A stretch of DNA of 64,000 nt from an uncultured Candidatus Rokubacteria bacterium (GTDB lineage: Bacteria > Methylomirabilota > Methylomirabilia > Rokubacteriales > CSP1-6). Position numbers and translations under genes: made by a program. Every line of letters starts with the position of its first letter. The first letter of the stretch is position 1. The DNA is taken from NCBI GenBank assembly GCA_963789955.1, contig CAWBMV010000012.1:288001-352000 (forward strand), in the 5' to 3' direction. The notes beneath the pieces were generated by a model. It made no database searches. It was not told where the DNA came from and saw only the letters and a program-made list of their open reading frames with translations. Below, piece by piece: positions 1 to 9,812 of this stretch.

Positions 1-1583
1 GGCAACGTGACACTGCTGCACATCACCGACGCCCACGCGACGCTCCGGCCGGTGTTCTATCGCGAGCCCGACTCGGTCATCGGCGTCGGCGCCGAACGCG
101 GCCATCCGCCGTTTCTGACCGGCGCCGAGCTGCTTCGCGCGTATCACCTCTCGCCGGGGACCGTCGAGGCGTATGCCTACACGTATCTCGATTTCCCGGC
201 GCTGGCCGCGCGATACGGGCGGATGGGGGGCTACGCGCATCTCGCCACCCTGGTCAAGCGGATCCGCGAGCAGCGCGAGGGGCGCACGCTCTTGCTCGAC
301 GGTGGCGACACGATCCAGGGCTCGGCGACCGCACTCTGGACCCGCGGCGAGGACATGGTGCGGGTCTCGAACCAGCTCGGGGTCGACGTCTTCACGCCCC
401 ACTGGGAGTTCGTGTACGGCATCGATCGCGTGAAGGAGCTCTTCGGCGATCGCGAGAACAAAGGGCTCTTCGCCGGCGACTTCGTCGCCCACAACGTCAC
501 CGAGCTCAACTGGGCCGAGCGCCCGTTTCGGCCGTACACGATCCGGGAAGTGGGCGGTGCCCGCGTGGGCGTCATCGGCCAGGCGTTTCCGTACACGCCG
601 GTCTCCCATCCCCGGCGCTTCGTGCCCGATCTCACGTTCGGTATCAGGGAAGACGGCATCCAGGCGCTGGTGACACGAGCTGCGGGACGGCAAGAAGGTC
701 GACCTGGTCGTCCTGCTCTCGCACAACGGTGTCGCCGTCGACTTGAAGCTCGCCGGGCGCGTGCACGGGCTCGACGTCGTGCTCGGCGGTCACACCCACG
801 ATGCGCTGCCGCAGCCGATCCGTGTGGGCCGCACGCTCGTCGTGAACTCCGGCTCGCACGGCAAGTTCCTGAGCCGCCTGGACATGGACGTCCAGCGCGG
901 ACGCGTCGGCTCCTACCGGTATCGCCTGATCCCGGTCCTGGCCCAGGACGTCCCGGCGGATCCCGAGATGGCGCAGCTGATCGAGGAGATTCGCCGGCCG
1001 TACGAGGACAAGTTGAGCGAGCGGCTGGCGGTGTCCGACACCTTGCTCTACCGGCGCGGCAACTTCAACGGCACGTTCGACGAGCTGATCCTCGACGCGC
1101 TCTTGCGCGGCGCCGACGCGCAGATCGGCTTTTCACCGGGCTTCCGGTGGGGGATCACGATCGTCCCGGGCCAGGAGATCACGCTCGAAGACGTCTACGC
1201 GCACACCGCCGTGACCTACCCGAACACCTGGGTGCGCGAGATGACGGGGAGCGAGATCCACCAGGTGATGGAGGACGTCGCCGACAATCTGTTCCATCCC
1301 GATCCGTACTATCGGCAGGGCGGCGATATGGTCCGGCTGGGCGGGCTGACCTATACGATCGACCCGGCGAAGGGGATGGGCCGGCGCATACGAGACCTCC
1401 GCGTGGCAGGCCGGGCCCTGGAGCCGACGCGCCGCTACAAGTCGACGGGGTGGGCGAGCCTCACCGAGGCCGACGGCCCCCCGGCGTGGGACGTCGTGGC
1501 CGCGCACCTGCGAAGCCTCGGACGAGTCAAGATCGCGCCACGGGCGCGCGTCAAGGTCGTGGGACGCAAAGGAGAATGGATGA
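1..1583 (+). CDS. soxB: Thiosulfohydrolase SoxB (5'-nucleotidase family), 5'-truncated by the window; frameshift near 675; 3' end uncertain
   Basis: GNVTLLHITDAHA, GRMGGYAHLATLVK, LLLDGGDTIQGS, VIGQAFPYTP, then after the shift VVLLSHNG, GGHTHD, LYRRGNFNGTFD, FSPGFRWG, DVADNLFHPDPYYRQGGDMVR are SoxB motifs. Confidence 0.9.
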
Positions 1584-2125
1584 GCCGTAGCCTCGCGCTC
1601 GCGGTGGCCCTGGTCGGGCTCGCGCTGCTGCCGGCCGACGCGGCCGACGATCCGCTCGACGAGCGGCTCTCGGCGTTCCAGGTCACACCGCTCGGCGACC
1701 AGGGCCCGCTGCCGTTCAAGCTCGAGTCGCTCGACGGCAAGCTCGTCTCGCTCGCCGACGTGCGCGGCCGGGTCGCCATGCTCTATTTCTGGGAAAGCAC
1801 CTGACCATACTGCGCGAGGGAGTTGCCCTCGACGATCGAGCGAATCCATCGGGAGCTCAAGGACGAGGGGTTGGTCGTGCTGGCGATCAACCTCGCCGAG
1901 AAGCGCGAGCTCGTCGCGACGTGGGTGAAGAGTCGCAACGTGACGTCGACGGTGCTGCTCGACGCGAGCAAAGAGGTCGAGAAGAGCTACCAGATCGCCT
2001 ACACGCCGACGGTGTTCCTGGTCGATCGCCGCGGCAAGCTGGTCGGCAAGGCGATCGGCGAGCGCGCATGGGCCGGCGAGCAGGGACGGGCGCTGCTGCG
2101 CCTGCTGCTCGCGCGCAAGGGCTAG
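1580..2125 (+). CDS. Exported TlpA/redoxin-family thiol-disulfide oxidoreductase with in-frame UGA at 1802-1804 (probable selenocysteine, UxxC)
   Basis: SD AAGGAG then ATG 1580; signal peptide; FKLESLDGKLVSLADVRGRVAMLYFWEST-TGA-PYC continues in frame into ...LVVLAIN...YTPTVFLVDRRGK (thioredoxin fold cis-Pro loop). Confidence 0.85.
1815..1831 (+). promoter_or_regulatory. Putative bacterial SECIS hairpin
   Basis: CGAGGG-AGTTG-CCCTCG stem-loop starting at the 11th nt after the UGA, G in the loop. Confidence 0.65.
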
Positions 2126-2174
2126 CAGGCTGGCGTCCGCCTCGCATCTGAACTTTTTTCAGCAGCCTGCTAGC
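2121..2174. terminator. Inverted repeat between convergent genes, likely bidirectional terminator
   Basis: GCTAGCAGGCTG (2121-2132) / CAGCCTGCTAGC (2163-2174); each arm contains one gene's TAG stop. Confidence 0.5.
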
Positions 2175-3091
2175 GCCGGCGGCGCGGCGGCCCGTCGGCT
2201 TCGCTGAGCGCCGAACGCAGCGCCTGGAGCAGGGCGCGCGCGGCCGGCGAGAGCGGACGGGGACGCGGGTGGATCACGTCGAGGCTTCGGGCGATCGGCT
2301 CGGCGTCGACGATCTCGAACGCGACCAGGCTGCGCCGGCGTAGCTCGCGTCCGACCGCCAGGTGCGGCAGGAAGGCGAGCCCCATGCCGCGCTCGACCAT
2401 GCGTTTCGCCGTCTCGATCGTCTCGACCTCGAGCGCCACGTTCGGCACGAGCCCCGCCCGCCGGAACAATCCCTGGGTCAAGGTCCAGTCGCTCGAGCCG
2501 CGGTCGAAGAAGATCAGCGGCCGATCGGCGATCTCTTCGAGCCGCGCCCGGCGCTCGCGCTTCGGCCAGGACGCCGCCCGCCCGACCAGCACGAGCGGAT
2601 CGTCGCGCAGGCTCACGGTCTCGACTTCGGGGTGGTGGAGCGACCGCGCGAGGCCGATCTCGGCGTCGCCGCGCAGCACCATCTCGAGCACCTCCTTGGA
2701 GTGGCCGGAGCGGACGGTGATCATCACGTTGGGATGCGCGCTCTGGAATCGCTTGAGGACGTCGGGCAGGAGATAGGTGCAGATCGACAGCACCGCGGCG
2801 ATCTGGATCGCGCCGCCGCTCGCCGGACGGATGTCGTGCACCGCCTGACGCGCGAGCGCCACCGCCTGCAGCAGCTGTTCGGCGTGCGGGCGTAGCGCGC
2901 GGCCCGCCGCCGAGAGCGCGAGCCCGTGACCCTGTCCGGCCACGCTCGAAGAGCCGCACCTTGAGCGAATCCTCCAGGGTGCGGATGCGCGCGCTCACCG
3001 CCGGCTGCGTCAGACGGAGCGCCGCCGCGGCGCGACGAAAGCCGCCGAACGTCCCGACCGCGAGAAACGCTTCGACCTGAGGGATATCCAC
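2170..3091 (-). CDS. LysR-family transcriptional regulator (frameshift near 2940)
   Basis: N-terminal HTH FRRAAAALRLTQPAVSARIRTLEDSLKVRLFER; substrate-binding domain in the next frame. Confidence 0.9.
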
Positions 3092-3119
3092 GCGTGAGCC
3101 TTCCGGAATCTACCTGGTG

Positions 3120-3165
3120 ATAAAGATAATTTATATGGGATATAAAAACAATCACGTTGTTGATT
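3120..3165. promoter_or_regulatory. AT-rich divergent control region with LysR-type dyad
   Basis: ATAA-AGATAAT-TTAT (3120-3134, contains T-N11-A); second dyad AATCA-N6-TGATT (3150-3165). Confidence 0.6.
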
Positions 3166-3236
3166 TGTGATCCTCCCGCGCTCACTCTGGAAATCACCGA
3201 GAGAGATCACGCGACGCGAAGGCGGAGGAGACGGCG

Positions 3237-3401
3237 ATGTCGACGACGTGCGAGTGCGGAGCGACGCTCGAGCAGCCGGGCCGGACGGCGCGCTGCCAGG
3301 AATGTGACGTGGCGGCCTGCCCCGGCTGCGTCATCCATGTGGAGACCATGACCTATTGCCGGTGGTGCGCGACCGTGCTCGCGCGCCATCGTGTCGCCTG
3401 A
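3237..3401 (+). CDS. 54-aa eight-cysteine small protein (putative double zinc finger), not in the ORF track
   Basis: SD GGAGGAG; MSTTCECGATLEQPGRTARCQECDVAACPGCVIHVETMTYCRWCATVLARHRVA; its stop overlaps the SD of the next gene. Confidence 0.75.
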   Translation: MSTTCECGATLEQPGRTARCQECDVAACPGCVIHVETMTYCRWCATVLARHRVA

Positions 3402-3411
3402 GGAGGGATCG

Positions 3412-4386
3412 ATGCCGGAGAGCAAAGGACGACAGTTCCGACGCCTGCTGAAGGAAGAGCCGTATCTGTTCACGGGCGGCATCTACGAGCCGCTCGGCGC
3501 GCAGATGGCCGAGAAGGTCGGCATGAAGTCGATCTACCTGAGCGGCTACTCGATGGCCCTGCACAACGCATGGCCGGACATGGGCTTTCTCACGCAGACG
3601 GAGGTCGCCCGGATCGCGTCGATGGTGGCCTCGGCCACGAGCCTGCCGGTCATCGCCGACGCCGACGACGGCTACGGCAACGCGCTCTCGACGATCCGAA
3701 CGGTGCAGGAGTTCATGAAGACGGGCGTCGCCGGCATCCATCTGGAGGACCAGCGGTTCCCGAAGCGCTGCGGCCACATCGCCGGGAAGACCATCGTGAG
3801 CCTCGAGGAGGCCCTGGGCAAGTACCGGGCCGCGCTCGACACGCGCGACCGCCTCGATCCGGACTTCGTGATCATCGCCCGGACGGATGCCTACGGGGCG
3901 GTGGGCGGCAGCCTCGAGGAAGCGATCCGCCGCGGCCGCGCCTATGCCGACGCCGGCGTCGATTCCGTGTGGTGCGAGCTCTCGAACGCCTCGCGTGAGC
4001 CCGCGGTGGCCTTCGCCAAGGCGATGCGCGAGACCCATCCGGATCTGCCGCTGTCGTTCAACTACTCGTCGTCGTTCCGCTGGCACCAGGACCCGAACCC
4101 GTTCACGTTCAAGGAGCTGGGCGAGCTCGGCTACAAGTTCATCTTCATCACGCTCTTCGCCTCCCACGCGGCGACGTACGCCACCTGGAACGCGATGGAG
4201 GAGCTGGTGCGTGACGAGGAGCAGGCCCAGTGGATGCTCGAGAAGGCGAAGGTCGGCCATCCGACGGAGAGCCACCACGTGATGGCGCGGGTCTCCTATT
4301 TCCAGGAGCTCGAGAAGAAGTACATCCCGGGCACCGAGGACCGGATCAAGTCCTCAGCGGGCTTCGACGACCACCGGATGCATTGA
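3412..4386 (+). CDS. aceA: Isocitrate lyase, short haloarchaeal-like type (ICL/PEP mutase family)
   Basis: DADDGYG, HLEDQRFPKRCGHIAGK, IIARTDA, FNYSSSFRW, ELGELGYKFIFITLF, GHPTESHH. Confidence 0.75.
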   Translation: MPESKGRQFRRLLKEEPYLFTGGIYEPLGAQMAEKVGMKSIYLSGYSMALHNAWPDMGFLTQTEVARIASMVASATSLPVIADADDGYGNALSTIRTVQEFMKTGVAGIHLEDQRFPKRCGHIAGKTIVSLEEALGKYRAALDTRDRLDPDFVIIARTDAYGAVGGSLEEAIRRGRAYADAGVDSVWCELSNASREPAVAFAKAMRETHPDLPLSFNYSSSFRWHQDPNPFTFKELGELGYKFIFITLFASHAATYATWNAMEELVRDEEQAQWMLEKAKVGHPTESHHVMARVSYFQELEKKYIPGTEDRIKSSAGFDDHRMH

Positions 4387-4528
4387 GTCAACATTGGGGA
4401 GGAGCGTCGCCGCTCCGCTCGCACCCATAGTGTCCCCAGGTTGCCGGTAGCCTTCGAGGGGCGAGCGAGCCCGGTAGCTTGCTCTTCGGGAGTTTAGAGC
4501 GCCCCGGTGCAGTCCCGGCCGGGGCGCG

Positions 4529-4677
4529 GTACATTATAAGAATAAGAGTCGTGGGTGTGGCGGCATGGTGCCGCCATAGGTCAGTTCTTCGAGTGGTCGG
4601 GCCGCCACTCGTGAAACTGGGGACGGGTCAAACCGTCTCACTCCCTCACCAGCCTATCTGAGTGCGGGAGTCCTATG
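4529..4677 (+). mobile_element. Structured non-coding segment resembling an IS110-family left end, no transposase follows
   Basis: AT-rich ACATTATAAGAATAAG start, three hairpins (4558-4576, 4590-4611, 4620-4639), GGGAG..ATG at 4666-4677; family assignment is from recalled resemblance only. Confidence 0.4.
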
Positions 4678-4687
4678 GGAGAGCGCC

Positions 4688-4960
4688 GTGCCAGAGAATG
4701 CTCCTCAACGCTCGCCAAAGCAGGCCGATTCGAGCCCTCCTTTCATCGGCGCGGTTGCCCGCCTGTACTGGCTGTTGCTCGGTAACGCTGCCCTATCCCT
4801 GATTGCACTTGGCATAGTCCAGCACGGGCCCGACCGCACATGGATCACGGACGCCGCTTTCTGGACGGTCGTGGCCAGCCTCGTTCTTGTCCGCTACCTG
4901 GATGTTGCTCGGCTTGGCGGTACAACTGCGTCGGGCGAACCGGCTTCGTCCAGACACCGG
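4688..4960 (+). pseudogene. Small membrane protein, apparently truncated
   Basis: Two hydrophobic helices (ARLYWLLLGNAALSLIALGIV; AAFWTVVASLVLVRYLD), then the frame loses protein-like character. Confidence 0.4.
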
Positions 4961-5090
4961 AGCAGCTCAGCCGTTCGATCCCGCACAGTTTCCAGGCGCA
5001 ACGCGACTAGTCCAGGAAGTCGAGTGCGGAGCATCGAGCCCGGGCTTGGCAACAGTCCATTCGTCTTGGGTCGTGGAGAGGAGAGAACCT

Positions 5091-5486
5091 ATGAGTATGC
5101 AGCAGCATTCGCGGCTGGCAGATCCGGTATCGTCGCAGCGCGACCCCACTGCGAGATCGCCACGGCCTTTCAGACGCCGCGCTCTGTGGTGGAAGCTTGC
5201 CTTTGCTATTCCGCTCTCAATGATGCTGTCCGGTGCCGGCGTCATCATTTGGGCTACCGTTCAGGGCTCTCGCTCGGTGGTCCTCTGGAACGTGTGCACC
5301 GGGCTTCTGGTTGTCGGCTTCGCGGTCGGCGTTACATGCCTCGGCGCGTGGGTGGCGAGCGGTGGCACTCAGGCCATCGGACCGGTCATGAAACCACGGC
5401 AGAGCGACGTCGTCGCAGCCTCGCTGATGTCGTTGGGGATCGTCTCGCTCTTGGCAATCGTTGCCAAAGTCATGTTCTTCTTTTGA
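5091..5486 (+). CDS. Hypothetical membrane protein (3 TM)
   Basis: SD GAGGAG, three hydrophobic segments. Confidence 0.5.
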   Translation: MSMQQHSRLADPVSSQRDPTARSPRPFRRRALWWKLAFAIPLSMMLSGAGVIIWATVQGSRSVVLWNVCTGLLVVGFAVGVTCLGAWVASGGTQAIGPVMKPRQSDVVAASLMSLGIVSLLAIVAKVMFFF

Positions 5487-5520
5487 GTCGAATCGTCTTA
5501 GGACGCAGGAGGAAATAGCC

Positions 5521-5865
5521 ATGACCAAGATCGGACCGTTCATCGTCGATCCGAAGGCGGGCGCGTACTGCCGGATCACCCTCGACAGCGGCGAGAAGAT
5601 TTTAGTCAATCACGACATGGGAGGTTTCAAGGGCGGTCGCCTGACAATCGAAGCCCCGAAGTTCCTTGGGTTGAGCTCTGACCAGATTGTTACGTGTGAT
5701 TTGGACAGTCCTCACGGAAGGGCAGCCCTCGCGCAACTGACCGGCGCCGCTTCGAAGGGAGGTGTCAGCGTCACTCCCCTTGGCGCCTTTGTGGAGTACA
5801 TCAAGGACTGTAGGTCGGTCGCCGATGTAAGGACCAAGTGTGCTGCGCTCCTGTCGAGTGCGTGA
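5521..5865 (+). CDS. Hypothetical protein
   Basis: SD AGGAGG, globular-looking 114 aa (MTKIGPFIVDPKAGAYCRITLDSGEK...). Confidence 0.65.
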   Translation: MTKIGPFIVDPKAGAYCRITLDSGEKILVNHDMGGFKGGRLTIEAPKFLGLSSDQIVTCDLDSPHGRAALAQLTGAASKGGVSVTPLGAFVEYIKDCRSVADVRTKCAALLSSA

Positions 5866-5992
5866 GGGGGCGTCGGTGCCGTTCATTCTCGGTTTCGGCG
5901 GCCTGAGGTGGCTCGGATACCCCCACCGACTACCCGCGGCGGTCTCTTGGCTCGCTCGAGTTGCGCCGGCAGAGCCGGCGCTCGAACACTTG

Positions 5993-7873
5993 CTACTTCT
6001 CGGCCGGCTTGTCCTTGGTTTCTGGCGGTCGCTCGCCCGAGCGCGGCGAAGGCTGGCCGTGCTTGCCTTCAGGGCGACGGCCCTTGTCCCCTGCGCCACC
6101 GTGGGGACGTGCTTGGCGCGCGTCCGCGGAGTTGTGTGGTGGTGGAGGCGGCGGATTCACCTTGCGGCCGGCGTCGCCCTCGTCGCTCGCTGGCGGCTTG
6201 CTCTGCCGGGAATCCGGCTGCGCGGGAGCATTGCGAGCGCCGGATCGCGGAGTGCCCGGCGCCGTGTTCGGAGTGGAGCCCGGATCCGGCCGCCGCGCGT
6301 TCGGAGTGTCGGCCGGACGCGGCGGTCTTTGACCCGGGCCCTGGCCTTCGGGCGGCGCCACGGCGACCGTGCGCCGCGGTGCTGGGACGATTCGCGGCGA
6401 CGCCGCTGACGTCGTCGCTTCGCGCGGCGCGCTGAGCCCCTCGGCACGCAGCGACGGCGAGAAATCGCGCGGGGCGCGCGTCGCTACCACGGTGCGGTCC
6501 CGAATGGCGGCCGGTGGTGTCAAGGTCGCGCGGTCAGCGCTCATCACGCTGGCCGCGGCGGGCTTGACCTGGAGCGATCCGCGCACCGGCGTGAGCTCTT
6601 TCACCTGCGCGTCGCTGACCCGCGCGATGTGAGCCGCGCCGCGTCCGAAGCGATCCTCCGGCACGCCCACGACGGCGTTGTGAACGTTGACGTTGCTGTA
6701 GACGTTGATGTTGGTCACGTTGACGGTCGTCGTGCGATTGACGACGACGTTGTTCACGACGCGCGGGCCGCCCCAGCCGCCCCACCAGGCGACGCCGACG
6801 AAGCCCTGGACGGCCCCACCAGGGTACGACGGGTTCGCCCCAGCCGAGAGGCGCCCAGTGCACAGGTCGTGCGGCGACGGCCACGCCGACCGGGCCGCCA
6901 AGGAACACGACGAGCGCCGGCGCGTAGACGGGCCGGACGACGACGGGCCCCGGCGCCCATCCCCAGTAGCCCCGCACGAAGACCCAGCGGCCGTAGTGGT
7001 ACGGCGCCCATCCCCACGGCGCGGCGTCGAGCCACGTCCAGCCGAAGCGCGGATCCCAGATCCATCGCCCCGTGCTGTACGGCACCCATCCCGGCGGCAC
7101 GCTTGCGGGCGCCCACACCGGGCCATAGGCCTCTTCTGTACGCCAGGCCCCGTGCTGCGCGAGCTCCTCGGTGCCGTACATCGCGGGCGAGACGTTCTGC
7201 GCGTTGGTCGGCTGGATCAGGTAGGCCGTGCGCTGGTAGTTCCAGCGATCCCACCGGGTGAGCGGCGGCGCCGCGCTCGTCTCGACGCTCGGCGTCTCGA
7301 CGCCCGCGATCACGATTTGCTGGTTGGCCGCGACGGTCGCGGCCGCTCCGGCGGCCGGAGTCACCGCGGCGCTCCCGCCGCGATGCGCCCTGAAGGTCGT
7401 CGTGTCCTCGGAGAGATCGACGTGGTAGTAGCCCTTGCGCTCGATCGTGAAGGCGGCGTTCGGCGTGTCGATCTCGACCGTGTGACCGGCCGGGATGTCC
7501 CGCACGTCGAACGCGGCGTGGCCGGCCGTGACGCGGAACTGCGTGAAGTCGGGCTCGTCGTTGTCGAGACCGAGCTGCGTTCCGTTGCCGGCGCGCACGA
7601 AGGCACGCGGGCCGACTTGTAGCTCGGCGTTGCCGTCCGGACCGGTGTAGAGGACGTCGCCGGGCGCCAGCGGCGTGTTGACCTTGGCCTCGGCCCACTC
7701 CTGTGCGCCGGGACGCCAGAAGGAGACCTCGCCGTAGAGGTAGCTGACTCGTGTCGGCGTGATCTCGCCGGCCTGCTCGGGGGCCGGTGGGTCGGCCGCC
7801 GGGATCGAGCCCGGACCGCTCGCGGCCAGAGCCAGCATGAGAAGCGCTGACGATGATCCGTCGAGTGCCGCAT
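5993..7873 (-). CDS. Exported FecR-domain/DUF6600-like protein with Pro-rich tail (frameshifts near 7850 and 6810)
   Basis: SD AAGGAG and ATG 7873; RVSYLYGEVSF..NTPLAPGDVLYTG; GWVPYSTGRW..WTW..PWGWAPYHYGRW; low-complexity C-terminus. Confidence 0.75.
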
Positions 7874-8051
7874 TGCGGCGACTCCTTGTTCAAGATCGGA
7901 TCTCGCTCTCCGCGCATACGGGCGGACGGAGCCGTCCGGGCGATCTGTATTGAGACCCAAGAACGGGGTCAGGTGTTTACAGTGTAAGGCGCGCGGCGTG
8001 CGAAGAGGGCATCGGCCGTTCACCGGAATCCCGGATTAAGATAGGCGCCTG

Positions 8052-9786
8052 ATGATGAGGCCAATCGACGCCGTCGAGACGGACGTGCTCGTCCTCGGCG
8101 CCGGCGGCGCCGGGCTCTGTGCCGCGCTCCACGCCGCCGACCGGTCGCCCAATCTTTCGGTCACCGTCGTCGTCAAGGGGTTGCTCGGCCGCGCGGGCTG
8201 TACGCGCATGGTGCAGGGCGGGTACAACGCGGTGCTGACGGCGCCGGACTCGCTCGAGGCGCATTTTCTCGACACGCTCGCGGGCGGCGGGTGGATCAAC
8301 GACCAGGAGCTCGTGTGGACCCTCGTCGTCGAGGCGCCCGGCCGGGTGCTCGAGCTCGAGTCGCGCTACGGGTGCCTCTTCGACCGCACGACCGAGGGGC
8401 GGATCCATCAGAAGCCCTTTGCCGGCCAGACGCACGATCGGACGATCCACAAGGGCGACCTGACCGGCATCGAGATCATGAACCGCCTGTCGGAGCAGGT
8501 GCTCCGGCGCGAGAACGTCCAGGCGCTCGAAGAGTGTCGCGCGGTCGAGCTTCTGCTCGACGGCACGGGGCGCTGCGCGGGCGCGCTCGTCCTCGACATC
8601 CGCCAGGGGCGATTCGTCGTCGTGACCGCCCGCGCAACCTTGCTGGCCATGGGCGGCGGGCCCACCATGTACAAGGTCGTCGCGTGTTCGGCCGACAAGG
8701 CCGCCGACGGTATCGCGCTCGGGTATCGTGCGGGGTTGCCGCTGCGCGACATGGAGATGATCCAGTTCCATCCGACGGGTCTCGTCATCCCGGACTCGCT
8801 GATGACGGGCGCGCTCCTCGAGGAAGGGCTGCGCGGCGCCGGCGGCCATCTGAAGAACGGGCGCGGCGAGCGGTACATGGAGCGGTACGATCCGGCTCGG
8901 ATGGAGCGCTCGACCGCGCGATCTCGTCGCGCGGGCCTCGTTCCTCGAGGTGACGGAGGGCCGCGGGACGCCGAACGGCGGCGTGTGGATCGACGTCTCG
9001 CATCTCGGCGCCGACGTGGTCGAGCGGAACTTCCGCGGCATGGTCCGGCGCTGTCGTGACTTCGGCCGGGATCTCGCGCGCGGGCCGGTCGAGGTCGGCC
9101 CGACGACACACTTCATGATGGGTGGCGTCGTCGTCGACACCGCGTGCCGCACGGCGATCGACGGGCTCTTCGCGGCCGGTGAGGATACCGGTGGTGTCCA
9201 CGGCGCCAACCGCCTGGGCGGCAACGGTGTCGCGGAGTCGACCGTGTTCGGCGGCATCGCCGGCGACGTGATGGCTGATTTCGTCGCCGGACGCGCGGCG
9301 CCGCGCCACGCCGCCGCCGTCGGCGACGTCGTCGAGCGGCTCACCGCGCCGCTCGAGCGCCGCGGCGGCGATCTCTATGCGCTACAGCGCGAGCTGCGTG
9401 AGGTGATGTGGGAGCGGGCGGGGCTCGTGCGTGACGGCGAAGGCCTGAAGATCGCGGCGGCGACCGCCGATCGGATCGCCGGCGAGCTCGCGCGTGTCGG
9501 TGTTCCCGGGGGAGCGGCGTTCAATCTGGCGTGGCAGGACTGGATCAACCTGACCAACCAGACGGCCGTCGCCCGCCTGATCACGGCCAGCGCCCTGGCA
9601 CGGACCGAAAGCCGCGGCGCGCACTACCGCAACGATTTCCCGGCGCCGTCGGCCGCGCCGCTCTACACCGTGCGCGTCCAGTCGCGCGCCGGCGAGAGCG
9701 CGGTGTGGACGGAGCCGGTGGCGCTGACGCGCGCGACACCCGCCGGAGCGGGGCGTGTGTCGTCGATGGTCGAAGTTGGAGACTGA
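8052..9786 (+). CDS. SdhA/FrdA/TfrA-family flavoprotein, non-canonical (frameshift near 8915)
   Basis: DVLVLGAGGAG, GCTRMVQGGYNA, QFHPTG, EEGLRGAGG, HFMMGG, HGANRLGGNG, RTESRGAHYR. Confidence 0.85.
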
Positions 9787-9812
9787 GCGACCCAAGCGAG
9801 GGAGGGCACGAG

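Noticed and set aside
4619..4640. c-di-GMP riboswitch or group II intron end
   Set aside because: Only a GTCAAA-loop hairpin; no second GEMM stem and no domain V catalytic triad.
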